Shown one piece after another: positions 9,023-17,295 of a DNA stretch of 64,000 nucleotides. The notes below the pieces were generated by a model, which had not been told where the DNA came from, searched no databases, and saw only the letters and a program-made list of their open reading frames with translations. Origin of the DNA: Escherichia phage JEP8. The DNA is taken from sequence record MT764208.1. One strand, 5' to 3'. Within the stretch, counting starts at the first letter, position 1, and each line of letters opens with the position of its first letter. A program made the position numbers and the translations under genes.

Positions 9023-9052
9023 TAGTATAGGGGATCGCCGATCCCCTGTCAA
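9023..9052 (-). promoter_or_regulatory. sigma70-like early promoter (-35 GTTGACA, -10 TATACT); spacer is the palindrome GGGGATCGGCGATCCCC with two GATC sites
   Basis: Exact 17 nt spacing; near-identical cassettes at about 49.5 kb and 59.2 kb. Confidence 0.5.
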
Positions 9053-9061
9053 CAACTATTT

Positions 9062-9274
9062 TTAATTTTTACCCGCTCGTGCATTAATACGCATTTTCTG
9101 CATAGCCATGATCTGGCTTACTGCTTCTTCTTTACGTTTTTGCGTGATAACGTGACCAGATTCCGCAAACTCTCCCGCAACTTCTTCTACAATCTCGCGA
9201 ACTTGAGAACGTCCAAAGATGCGGTTTCCTTCGTAGCTCATAAATTCAGTCACTACTTGCTCAATAGATTTCAT
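9062..9274 (-). CDS. hypothetical protein (70 aa)
   Basis: Trimmed to ATG after AGGAGA. Confidence 0.5.
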   Translation of the reverse strand: MKSIEQVVTEFMSYEGNRIFGRSQVREIVEEVAGEFAESGHVITQKRKEEAVSQIMAMQKMRINARAGKN

Positions 9275-9303
9275 GTGATTCTCCTTTCGTTTGGTATGGG
9301 AGT

Positions 9304-9332
9304 ATAATACTACTCCCATTTCTTTACGTCAA
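9304..9332 (-). promoter_or_regulatory. sigma70-like early promoter (-35 GTTGACG, -10 TATTAT inside GGGAGTA..TACTCCC palindrome)
   Basis: 17 nt spacer. Confidence 0.45.
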
Positions 9333-9335
9333 CAA

Positions 9336-9497
9336 CTATTTTAAATTATTTTCGACCTTCACCCATTCCGCGTATTCTTGCGCGGCTACTTTCGGATTTA
9401 AGCCGTCTTCGTACATTGCATCAAGTAATTCTTTGTCGGTGGGCTTATACCCTAGATAAGCCTCCACCTGATTTTTCCAAATTTTATACCAGTTCAT
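9336..9497 (-). CDS. hypothetical protein (53 aa)
   Basis: Trimmed to ATG after GGTGA. Confidence 0.4.
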   Translation of the reverse strand: MNWYKIWKNQVEAYLGYKPTDKELLDAMYEDGLNPKVAAQEYAEWVKVENNLK

Positions 9498-9501
9498 ATT
9501 A

Positions 9502-9774
9502 TCACCAATCAAGAGCGCGTGTCTCTGCGTCTTCCCATGCTTGATCCATAACAGCCTTGAAAACATATTCTAGAGTATCATCTTTAGAGAATCCGAAGAC
9601 TTTAGACGGAATATCTTCGATTGCTACTCCCGCAACTTCTGCATTACGCGCTTGGCAATAATGCAACTCTAAGTTATCGAGATAGCGACCGCCTAATTTC
9701 TCCATATCATCCCAGCATTTCCAGTAACCTACTTTATCTGCAATTGCCAACACTTTGCTGTTTTCGTTGCACAT
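9502..9774 (-). CDS. hypothetical protein (90 aa)
   Basis: Trimmed to ATG after AAGGAG. Confidence 0.5.
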   Translation of the reverse strand: MCNENSKVLAIADKVGYWKCWDDMEKLGGRYLDNLELHYCQARNAEVAGVAIEDIPSKVFGFSKDDTLEYVFKAVMDQAWEDAETRALDW

Positions 9775-9805
9775 CTTTGATTCTCCTTTTGTTTGGTATG
9801 TGTGT

Positions 9806-9834
9806 ATTATGCAATGTTGGATTCTGTAAGTCAA
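9806..9834 (-). promoter_or_regulatory. sigma70-like early promoter (-35 TTGACT, -10 CATAAT)
   Basis: 17 nt spacer; the TGTGTATTATGCA-type -10 region recurs at 23.7, 61.3 and 62.4 kb. Confidence 0.45.
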
Positions 9835-9884
9835 CAACTTTTTAAAATAAAAAAGCCGACCACAAGGATCGGCTTAATAATCAG

Positions 9885-10280
9885 TTACTTACTAAATTTC
9901 TTTTTGGCTTCGTCTACCGCATGAGATGCCAGTACCGCAGCCGCATGTGCACTTTTATCTGTGTTGCAGAGAACGCCCAGATAAACATCACGCCAAAGTT
10001 TAATCATCTCGTAGATCATATCAATATCATTTTCTTGTTTGTTGGCGATGCTATTCGTCGTTATCTGGTAAGGTAACGGCTTGATCTGTACTGGTTCCGC
10101 CATCGGGCTAATCGGCTTCGGATCAGTCATAATAGGTGCTGTTGTGGGTGGTGTTTTCCATACGCCATTATTCCACGGTTTAATCGTTGTATCGTAAAGT
10201 TTATAAGGATTTTTGTCTGGGTCAACCATCCAGGCATGATGAGTACCCAAACCATTTGAAGTAATGCGTCGTTCAGTCAT
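9885..10280 (-). CDS. hypothetical protein (131 aa), proline-rich middle
   Basis: GGAGGG Shine-Dalgarno. Confidence 0.5.
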   Translation of the reverse strand: MTERRITSNGLGTHHAWMVDPDKNPYKLYDTTIKPWNNGVWKTPPTTAPIMTDPKPISPMAEPVQIKPLPYQITTNSIANKQENDIDMIYEMIKLWRDVYLGVLCNTDKSAHAAAVLASHAVDEAKKKFSK

Positions 10281-10482
10281 ACTTTCCCTCCAAAAATTCT
10301 TTCATCAAATAGTCTATCGTTGCTCTGTGTTCTGGTGTGTTTGTGATCTCTGCTAACTTATTCAGAGATTCAATAGTGATCCGGTTGGCTTCTTCCATAG
10401 TCTCAACGACCATTGGCGCAATCTTTTTATTGTTGTACACGAAAGCCACATAACCGCCTTCTGGATATTCTTTCATAATCAA
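10273..10482 (-). CDS. hypothetical protein (69 aa)
   Basis: ORF track; overlaps the gp52 stop. Confidence 0.45.
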   Translation of the reverse strand: MIMKEYPEGGYVAFVYNNKKIAPMVVETMEEANRITIESLNKLAEITNTPEHRATIDYLMKEFLEGKYD

Positions 10483-11843
10483 CCCTTCTTAAGTTCTTTA
10501 AGATCTTTCTTATATTCCTTCATTGCGGTCGTCTTTGTCCAATACTCATATTCACTATGATGTTTATCGGCATCTTTGACCAGTCGACCATACTCTTCTT
10601 GAGTAACGCTATACAATGGCATAGAAACTAGCTTATCGGCGTATGGACGCAGTTTTTCATGTCCATTGATGGATTGCATTACCTCGGCCTTTTTCTTGCC
10701 CTGTAGCTCGATTTCGCCCTTAATTACGCGATCGATAAATTCGGCTTTAGCCATTGCATAATTGTATGCTTCCAGTGTTTCCGCTTGCATCAATTCAATG
10801 CGTTTATCTACATAGCCTAATCGGATTTCGACGAATCGACGGATCAGATCGCTCGCTTTTTCGAATACTTCTACTAAACCACGTTCGTTAACTACTACGA
10901 TATTCTGGGCTACTAACTGCGTTAGTTTAAAATCCTTCATGATTTGCTCATGTCGAGCGGATTCATCTTCGCTTTTGAAATAATCGCGTTTCAGTGTTAC
11001 TTCAAATCTGAATCCGTCCTTAGAGCAACGGTCATTATACGATACAATCAGATCTTTTTCTTCCAGTGCATCCAGTACCGCTACATATTCTTCACGGTCG
11101 AACTTATAAGGAACTTCTGATATTGTCAGTTTAGTCTTGCCGTTTAGTTCATATGTACCCTCAAGAATCACACCATCGCGATCATCTCGCGGGATAACTT
11201 TACCCTTGAATTTCGGGAATTGAACACTAGGTTCTTTATCCAGTTTTCCGGCAAGTGCTAGCTCTGTGCATTCAATAAGGCTTTCCAGTGAATGCGGTAA
11301 AATGTCAGTTTTATACCCTGTAGCAATACCACTAATACCATTAGCTAGTACCATTGGCACAACTGGCAAGTAGAACGCTGGCGGGATGTGTTCCAGATCT
11401 TCGTGCTTAGGTGCGCAATTCATATCTTTATAGATTTTAAAGAAGTTTTCATGCACACGAGCAAAGATATAACGTGCCGCACCTGCTTTCTGGACTAAAC
11501 GCGATCCGAAGTTACCTTGACCGTCAAGCAGTGGAGTATTATTGCTCCATGTATTCGCCATGAGTGATCCGGCTTCTACGGCATTAGTTTCCCCGTGGTG
11601 ATAACCCAACTCAGCAACACCAGATCCAATATCTGCCATCTTACGGAATTTCTTACGGTCGCCTTTACTCTTTTGAAGTGCGCACTCCATAACAAAGCGT
11701 TGCACTGGTTTAAGCCCATCCACTAATTGAGGAATCCCGCGTTCCTCGGCAGAATAGATCGCATATTCCTTAGCTTCATTATGTACAATGCTTTCAAGGC
11801 TGCGGTAAGTAAATGTGTTTACAATTTGACTAATTTTATCCAT
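10479..11843 (-). CDS. 52: DNA topoisomerase II medium subunit gp52 (GyrA-like)
   Basis: KPVQRFV, LGYHHGE, MANTWSNN.PLLDGQGNFGSR, AARYIFARV, HIPPAFYLP blocks match recalled T4 gp52; start set at ATG after GAGGTGAAG. Confidence 0.9.
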   Translation of the reverse strand: MDKISQIVNTFTYRSLESIVHNEAKEYAIYSAEERGIPQLVDGLKPVQRFVMECALQKSKGDRKKFRKMADIGSGVAELGYHHGETNAVEAGSLMANTWSNNTPLLDGQGNFGSRLVQKAGAARYIFARVHENFFKIYKDMNCAPKHEDLEHIPPAFYLPVVPMVLANGISGIATGYKTDILPHSLESLIECTELALAGKLDKEPSVQFPKFKGKVIPRDDRDGVILEGTYELNGKTKLTISEVPYKFDREEYVAVLDALEEKDLIVSYNDRCSKDGFRFEVTLKRDYFKSEDESARHEQIMKDFKLTQLVAQNIVVVNERGLVEVFEKASDLIRRFVEIRLGYVDKRIELMQAETLEAYNYAMAKAEFIDRVIKGEIELQGKKKAEVMQSINGHEKLRPYADKLVSMPLYSVTQEEYGRLVKDADKHHSEYEYWTKTTAMKEYKKDLKELKKG

Positions 11844-11850
11844 CTTCACC

Positions 11851-12213
11851 TCATACACGCTTACAAATCACATTCTTTACTTTATCAGATTTATCAGCCC
11901 AATCCAATAGCCATTTTAACGGAAGGATTGAAACAATAAACGGGGCAGCAATCAAAGCAAACATGATACACCTGATAATCAGGAAAACGCAAGTGACAAA
12001 ACTAGCGATAGTGATCCCGACAAAACAAAATACCATAGAAAACAGAGTAATGATATAGAAAGGCCAGAATACCCACTCCCGCATCTTAACTCCTTTGTAT
12101 TCTCTGAATTGCTTAAAATCTACAAACAACTCTCGGATAGACGCGTACAGGACCGAAAAATCATCTTTCATTGCTCTGAATGAGCAATCTTCTATTTTAG
12201 AATGACCTAGCAT
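11851..12213 (-). CDS. hypothetical membrane protein (120 aa)
   Basis: Long hydrophobic stretches; AAGGCGG Shine-Dalgarno. Confidence 0.5.
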   Translation of the reverse strand: MLGHSKIEDCSFRAMKDDFSVLYASIRELFVDFKQFREYKGVKMREWVFWPFYIITLFSMVFCFVGITIASFVTCVFLIIRCIMFALIAAPFIVSILPLKWLLDWADKSDKVKNVICKRV

Positions 12214-12215
12214 TA

Positions 12216-12509
12216 TTAACCGCCTTTAACCATTGATACAGGAATTGTTTTCTGATTTGTGTATAATTGGCCTACTTCAATTTTTTCTTGAATCACCACG
12301 ACGTTACAATATCCACTGTCTTTAAGTTTTCTGATAATGACTCGCTTTTGTTCGTCGGTGATAGGATTGACTGTTCTCACCAATTCACCGCAAATAATAG
12401 CACCATCTTTACAATTGCCAGTAACTTTCATGCTACGACCGTGAACAACAACCACATCACCGTAAATCACATTTTCGTCGTCGTATTTGGTAATAACCGT
12501 GACTGTCAT
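12216..12509 (-). CDS. hypothetical protein (97 aa)
   Basis: AGAGGGA Shine-Dalgarno. Confidence 0.5.
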   Translation of the reverse strand: MTVTVITKYDDENVIYGDVVVVHGRSMKVTGNCKDGAIICGELVRTVNPITDEQKRVIIRKLKDSGYCNVVVIQEKIEVGQLYTNQKTIPVSMVKGG

Positions 12510-12528
12510 AATGTATTCCCTCTAAGAA

Positions 12529-12547
12529 AGGCCGCTTTGCGCGGCCT
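12529..12547 (-). terminator. hairpin AGGCCGC-TTTGC-GCGGCCT followed by T-run on the - strand
   Basis: Perfect 7 bp stem. Confidence 0.4.
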
Positions 12548-12554
12548 ATGTTGA

Positions 12555-12881
12555 TTATTGTTCTACAGTATAACCGTTGTTTTCAAGCCATGCAATAACA
12601 ATCTTTTCGCCAATTTCATCGAGCATTTCATCAGCGCCGTATTCTTTAATGAAAGTCGATGGATCATTATTGCTTACTACGTGCTGGATCACAACATGTT
12701 CAGGAATTGCGTCTAGCAGTTCGCTATGATCATACTCATTAACGATATCTTCAACACTAACATTATTAACCAAATCAACATCATCCATAGTCACAGTAAC
12801 GCGACCGGACGGACGCAATGAATATTGGCTACTTTCAACTTCAACATGTGCACTTTCGCAAGTAACTTTCATATCAATCAT
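12555..12881 (-). CDS. hypothetical acidic protein (108 aa)
   Basis: GAGGA Shine-Dalgarno. Confidence 0.5.
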   Translation of the reverse strand: MIDMKVTCESAHVEVESSQYSLRPSGRVTVTMDDVDLVNNVSVEDIVNEYDHSELLDAIPEHVVIQHVVSNNDPSTFIKEYGADEMLDEIGEKIVIAWLENNGYTVEQ

Positions 12882-12895
12882 AATTAATTCCTCTG

Positions 12896-13888
12896 TTAGT
12901 AATGGCTAAACCCTTCGGTCACATCTTCAACCACATAGTAACGATGACAGCGCATTTTGGCATTCGCATAATCTTTCGGGATACTTACAACGTGACGCGG
13001 ATCAACTTTACATTTAATGATTCGGCCTCGTCCACCGCCATAGTGCGGAATATAGTGTTTCGCTGCAACGTGGAGGCCATTAGAGCAAGTGCGATCATCA
13101 TCCGGGTCCACGTCTTTACGCTTCATTTTAACCGTGCGACCTGGGCTATTATCAAACGTATGCGTAAAGAAATCTTTATAATCAACATCAACACGTTTCC
13201 ATGCATAGAAACAACCATCTTCCACGATCTCAATGTCGTTGTGCTCTAAGAAGTCAAACAGACGATCTACGGCCTTACGGCTAGGGTTTTTCTTGCACTT
13301 CTCAAAGAAGTTCAGATAGTGCGTATATGGCTTATTCTCTTTAATCGACTCCACAACTCGACGAGTCAGATTATTATCAAGAACAATATTATGATAATAC
13401 ACAATACCATTTTCGATACGGAAAGCGCCGTGATAATATACTTCAACCGCTTTCTTAATGTCAATCAGCGTAATAGCTTTGATGAAATCATTATGTTTAA
13501 TCGCTTCCAGTGCTTCATTAAAGTTAACATGCGACGGATCAGCAGTATAAACAATGTCACCACATGTAATAGTAATAAACTTAGTTGAGGCTATTGCTAC
13601 GATTTTTGAGGAAGTAGTCACGGGCTTTTTTGCGCGTTCACCGCCTTTTCCTTTACTGGTTTTACGGCGTGCTTTACGTTTTTCTAGTGCCTTGCGACCT
13701 TCCGCTACTGCGTCTTTCTGAATCAGTAATACACGGGAGGCAGTACGACGAGATACCCCAAATGCTGCCGCAAGTGCTTCGCGGGTAGTAAACTTACCTT
13801 CGCCCCACTGTTTAGCCAGTTTGATTTGTTTTTCAGAATCCAGGCATTGAACGTTACGGTCAGAGACGGTGATTTTTGCTTTAGTCAT
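12896..13888 (-). CDS. rIIB: rIIB protein
   Basis: C-terminal blocks PSRKAVDRLFDFL..DIEI.EDG.FYAWK, TFDN.PG..VKM, CS.GLHV, HPR.VVSIP.DY.DAKMR, YYVVEDVTE match recalled T4 rIIB. Confidence 0.85.
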   Translation of the reverse strand: MTKAKITVSDRNVQCLDSEKQIKLAKQWGEGKFTTREALAAAFGVSRRTASRVLLIQKDAVAEGRKALEKRKARRKTSKGKGGERAKKPVTTSSKIVAIASTKFITITCGDIVYTADPSHVNFNEALEAIKHNDFIKAITLIDIKKAVEVYYHGAFRIENGIVYYHNIVLDNNLTRRVVESIKENKPYTHYLNFFEKCKKNPSRKAVDRLFDFLEHNDIEIVEDGCFYAWKRVDVDYKDFFTHTFDNSPGRTVKMKRKDVDPDDDRTCSNGLHVAAKHYIPHYGGGRGRIIKCKVDPRHVVSIPKDYANAKMRCHRYYVVEDVTEGFSHY

Positions 13889-13950
13889 AGTATTCATTCC
13901 TCTATTAGTTGGGCGACTATCGCCGCCCGATTCACATCATTATACCAGAA

Positions 13951-14082
13951 TTATTTTGCTTCTACAACCTTGCGGATTGTGCGGTCTGATACATTATAGA
14001 TTCGTGCCAGTTCGCCTTTAGTCAAGCCGCGAGCGTATTGTTTACGGATGGTTTCTTTCTGGATAGCGGTCAGTTTAGTCAT
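13951..14082 (-). CDS. small helix-turn-helix protein (43 aa) between rIIA and rIIB
   Basis: AGAGGTGA Shine-Dalgarno; MTKLTAIQKETIRKQYARGLTKGELARIYNVSDRTIRKVVEAK; below the 60 aa ORF-track cutoff. Confidence 0.45.
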   Translation of the reverse strand: MTKLTAIQKETIRKQYARGLTKGELARIYNVSDRTIRKVVEAK

Positions 14083-14093
14083 AATATCACCTC

Positions 14094-16202
14094 TTAAAAT
14101 TTAACATTCTTAACCAGTTTCATAAAGTCTTGTGCGCGTTTGTCGTTATGCAGAATACGATACCAGTTATCTACAATATCATACAGTAACGGGCTATTCT
14201 CTTTAAACTTCGCACAAACTGCTTTAATTCGTTCGTTTGCTGCCGTGAATTTTTCATCACAGATCTTTTTAGTTTCTTCGTCCATAATCCAACGAGTAAT
14301 AAGGAGTAACTTGGAAACCTCTTTATTATAATGACGACCGTACAGTCTGTCAATAAATTCTGGAATACAGCGTTCTAATTCATCGTCATGAAACAACATA
14401 GTGATCACACCCAGATATTCGCCATACCCCAGATGATTGGTCTTAACCTTCTTAGCCAGACCAGCCAGCTTACCGCGAACAAATTCTAGCGCACATTCCA
14501 ATTGTTCGTCAACGAGATATTTTTGTGTCTCGTTACGGGTAATAATATACTTTGTTACCCCGAAGTAGTCAAGCGCCGTGTGTAATGTATTTTCATTATA
14601 GATCGATTGACGGCTACGGCTTTCGAATGCATCACCCACGCGGAACATGTGCAAGCCTGATAACTCGCGAATCTCTGCCGCTTTCATGTGATGGCTGGTT
14701 TTATGCCAACTGTCACCAATCTTTTCCATGATATACACGTTAGGCAGCTTGGGAGTAGCTTCACGTTGTGTACGCTCGGTCTTCTCCGGCTTAACTGCTT
14801 TAGCACGCAGATCATCGGCCTCTGATACCTTAATCACGGTCATTTCAGAATCATCATAATACTGTTTGATGTACTCGAAAGTCTCCATATGTTTTTCGTT
14901 GCGCTGACGGAACACAAGTACCTTTTTATTGATGCCGTATTCCTGGACCATGCCGTTAAGAGTCAGTGCACGCAGTTTCGGTTTATCGGTATCATCAATA
15001 AGACACGTAATATCTTCTTTATGCATCCATACAAAATGCGTAATGTTGTATTGACTGCTAACGAAAGCAGGGCGCAATTTACTGATTGTGTGACGAGTAC
15101 GATACAGAGTATACACCTGACCTTCTACGTCGTTAGGCGAATCTTTACCCGCATTCACAAACTTATTATAGATTGCTACCGGATCATCCCACTTCCCGAT
15201 CTTACCCATCTTGCTAATAATATTGCGTTGAGTCGATGAATACTCGCTCATAAATTGCGCAAGTTTACGCTCTGTTTTAATGTTGGCGATCTTTTCTTTA
15301 ACCTTTTCCAACATCATTTCATTGATTTCTGCAATACGTTTTTCGATGTTTGCTTTAGTCTCAATTGACAAGTGAACTTCTTCACGCGATGGCATCAGGT
15401 CCAGATCACCCAACTCAAAATTAATGTAAATGGTCTGGTGCTGGCGGTTTACAGCTTCTAACCATGTTCCGCGAACATATTCATACGGGATCGGATACTG
15501 AATCTTACCCATGATTGCATATACTACATAGGAATCGTTATCACGCCCATTGCAAACATAATAATTATCAAAGCTAGGGAAATAATTAATTTCGATTGCA
15601 TTGATATTAGGTTTGTGTTCCCCAAAATGACGCAGTACAAATTGCGCTTCTCGATGCCATGTCTGAATATCTTTTTCTTTCACCGGAATAGTGATTTTCA
15701 GACCATTGTCTTCATAGGTCGGTTCGTCGAAAATCTGCACCATTTTCGGCATAGAGTTTTGCACAAATGCCGTAAAGCCATAAGCGCGACCATTGTAATA
15801 GTTTACGATTGTAAAGGTGTCAGTGTAGCTATAAGCAGATTTCGCACCTAAACCAAAAGATCCGATATAATCATTAGTTTGGTCTTTTGTTGATTCAAAG
15901 TAAACCGTAAACAGTTGTTCTAATTCTTTCTTAGACGGAATACCCGTACCATAATCACGCACAGAGAAATAAGGTTCAATTGCGGTAGGCAAATGAATAT
16001 CAAACGGACGATCTAAGGTTCCGGCTTCTTTGTGAGTGTCGGTAGCATTGCACGAATACTCACGGACGCAAGCACGTTCACAATATTGATAAGTGTTCTT
16101 AGAAAGCACCATAAAAGCCTTGCTACTTGCTTTCAGTGAAAAATCAACCGCACCGCTCAAGTCACTGCCAAATACTTCTTCATTATCAATATGCATTTTC
16201 AT
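14094..16202 (-). CDS. rIIA: rIIA protein (GHKL-type ATPase fold)
   Basis: 702 aa; GSFGLGAKSAY ATP-lid-like motif; synteny with rIIB and gp39. Confidence 0.8.
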   Translation of the reverse strand: MKMHIDNEEVFGSDLSGAVDFSLKASSKAFMVLSKNTYQYCERACVREYSCNATDTHKEAGTLDRPFDIHLPTAIEPYFSVRDYGTGIPSKKELEQLFTVYFESTKDQTNDYIGSFGLGAKSAYSYTDTFTIVNYYNGRAYGFTAFVQNSMPKMVQIFDEPTYEDNGLKITIPVKEKDIQTWHREAQFVLRHFGEHKPNINAIEINYFPSFDNYYVCNGRDNDSYVVYAIMGKIQYPIPYEYVRGTWLEAVNRQHQTIYINFELGDLDLMPSREEVHLSIETKANIEKRIAEINEMMLEKVKEKIANIKTERKLAQFMSEYSSTQRNIISKMGKIGKWDDPVAIYNKFVNAGKDSPNDVEGQVYTLYRTRHTISKLRPAFVSSQYNITHFVWMHKEDITCLIDDTDKPKLRALTLNGMVQEYGINKKVLVFRQRNEKHMETFEYIKQYYDDSEMTVIKVSEADDLRAKAVKPEKTERTQREATPKLPNVYIMEKIGDSWHKTSHHMKAAEIRELSGLHMFRVGDAFESRSRQSIYNENTLHTALDYFGVTKYIITRNETQKYLVDEQLECALEFVRGKLAGLAKKVKTNHLGYGEYLGVITMLFHDDELERCIPEFIDRLYGRHYNKEVSKLLLITRWIMDEETKKICDEKFTAANERIKAVCAKFKENSPLLYDIVDNWYRILHNDKRAQDFMKLVKNVKF

Positions 16203-16216
16203 AATATAATCCTCAC

Positions 16217-16474
16217 TTAATTAAAATCTTCTTTGTCCATCTCTGCGTAGATTACATCCCACGCCCATAAATCAATAAACGCATTATATGTCACGGTGCA
16301 ATCGTTGTCAATCACTTCTTTCGCATATTTCTTGATGTTTTCGTAGGCAACTTGCGGATCAATTTTGTGTTTACGAAGGTGTGCATATTCATACCTCAAA
16401 CATTTCATAAACAGGTCCATCGATTTCTTTTCTCGATGACACTTGGCGATCAGAAAATCAAAACTTCGACTCAT
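16217..16474 (-). CDS. hypothetical protein (85 aa)
   Basis: AAGGAG Shine-Dalgarno. Confidence 0.5.
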   Translation of the reverse strand: MSRSFDFLIAKCHREKKSMDLFMKCLRYEYAHLRKHKIDPQVAYENIKKYAKEVIDNDCTVTYNAFIDLWAWDVIYAEMDKEDFN

Positions 16475-16484
16475 TTTCTACTCC

Positions 16485-16679
16485 TTATACATTTTCAATC
16501 ACCCATTGCAGATGGGCTTCTGCGTCAACCAATTCAGCGCGGCTTTTCTCTAAGCACTTGCTGTATTCTTTACGTTCCCAATCAGCAATTTCGTTTTTCA
16601 GGACTTCTTCATAGTAAGCAATTACGCCTTTCAGGTCTGAAACTTTACGGCTTGCCAATTCGATGTAATGGTTACGCAT
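16485..16679 (-). CDS. hypothetical protein (64 aa)
   Basis: AAGGAGA Shine-Dalgarno. Confidence 0.5.
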   Translation of the reverse strand: MRNHYIELASRKVSDLKGVIAYYEEVLKNEIADWERKEYSKCLEKSRAELVDAEAHLQWVIENV

Positions 16680-16870
16680 TTTGATTCTCCTTTGTTACTA
16701 GATAACGAATTTGGTCTTGCATTGCGATCAGTTCCCAGCGTGCTACTTTCATCATGGAAACCGACTCTTTGAACATAATATTAGCTTTTTCCTTATTCCC
16801 TGTCAAGTAGATTTCTGCAATTTTTCACAAAATTTTTGAGTTTCTTCATTCTTAAACGGTTTCATATAAG

Positions 16871-17230
16871 TCAACCTTTTGTTTTCGATGGGGATATTAT
16901 GATATATCCCCGATCCAGTGTCAACAGATTTTTAATCTTTTTCAATGCATCCATTACTCGCTCTGCGATCAGTTCTCGTAAGCACTGATAACCATGATAT
17001 TTGATGGCAATGTCACGCAGATCATTAACCAGTTCCCGTACTTCATGGTCTTTCAAATCGTCTCTGTATTTCGATTTAACCGTGTCTTTAGGTGGATTTC
17101 TGATAACCTGAAAACCTTGTTCTGCAATCACTGCGGCTTCGCGCTGGCGTTCATGCTGTACTGTATTTTTGATCAGGTCTGCTTCCATGAACTTTGCCAT
17201 ACTCATCATCATGTTATTCTTTTTGCTCAT
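16871..17230 (-). CDS. hypothetical protein (119 aa)
   Basis: Trimmed to ATG after GAGGA; its 3-prime end overlaps a promoter cassette. Confidence 0.45.
   Translation of the reverse strand: MSKKNNMMMSMAKFMEADLIKNTVQHERQREAAVIAEQGFQVIRNPPKDTVKSKYRDDLKDHEVRELVNDLRDIAIKYHGYQCLRELIAERVMDALKKIKNLLTLDRGYIIISPSKTKG
16896..16924 (-). promoter_or_regulatory. sigma70-like early promoter (-35 TTGACA, -10 CATAAT inside GGGGATAT..ATATCCCC palindrome)
   Basis: 17 nt spacer. Confidence 0.4.
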
Positions 17231-17264
17231 TATTAAATCCTCATAAAAGAAAAGGGAGACTCCC

Positions 17265-17292
17265 ATTATAGAGAATCTCCCTTGTATGTCAA
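17265..17292 (-). promoter_or_regulatory. sigma70-like early promoter (-35 TTGACA, -10 TATAAT) followed by GGGAGACTCCC hairpin and T-run
   Basis: Immediately after the gp39 stop; the hairpin lies at the predicted transcript 5-prime end. Confidence 0.5.
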
Positions 17293-17295
17293 GTG

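Noticed and set aside
16672-16776. 34 aa - strand ORF between 16485-16679 and 16871-17230
   Set aside because: The predicted promoter -10 abuts its start codon, leaving no leader; more likely untranslated leader sequence.
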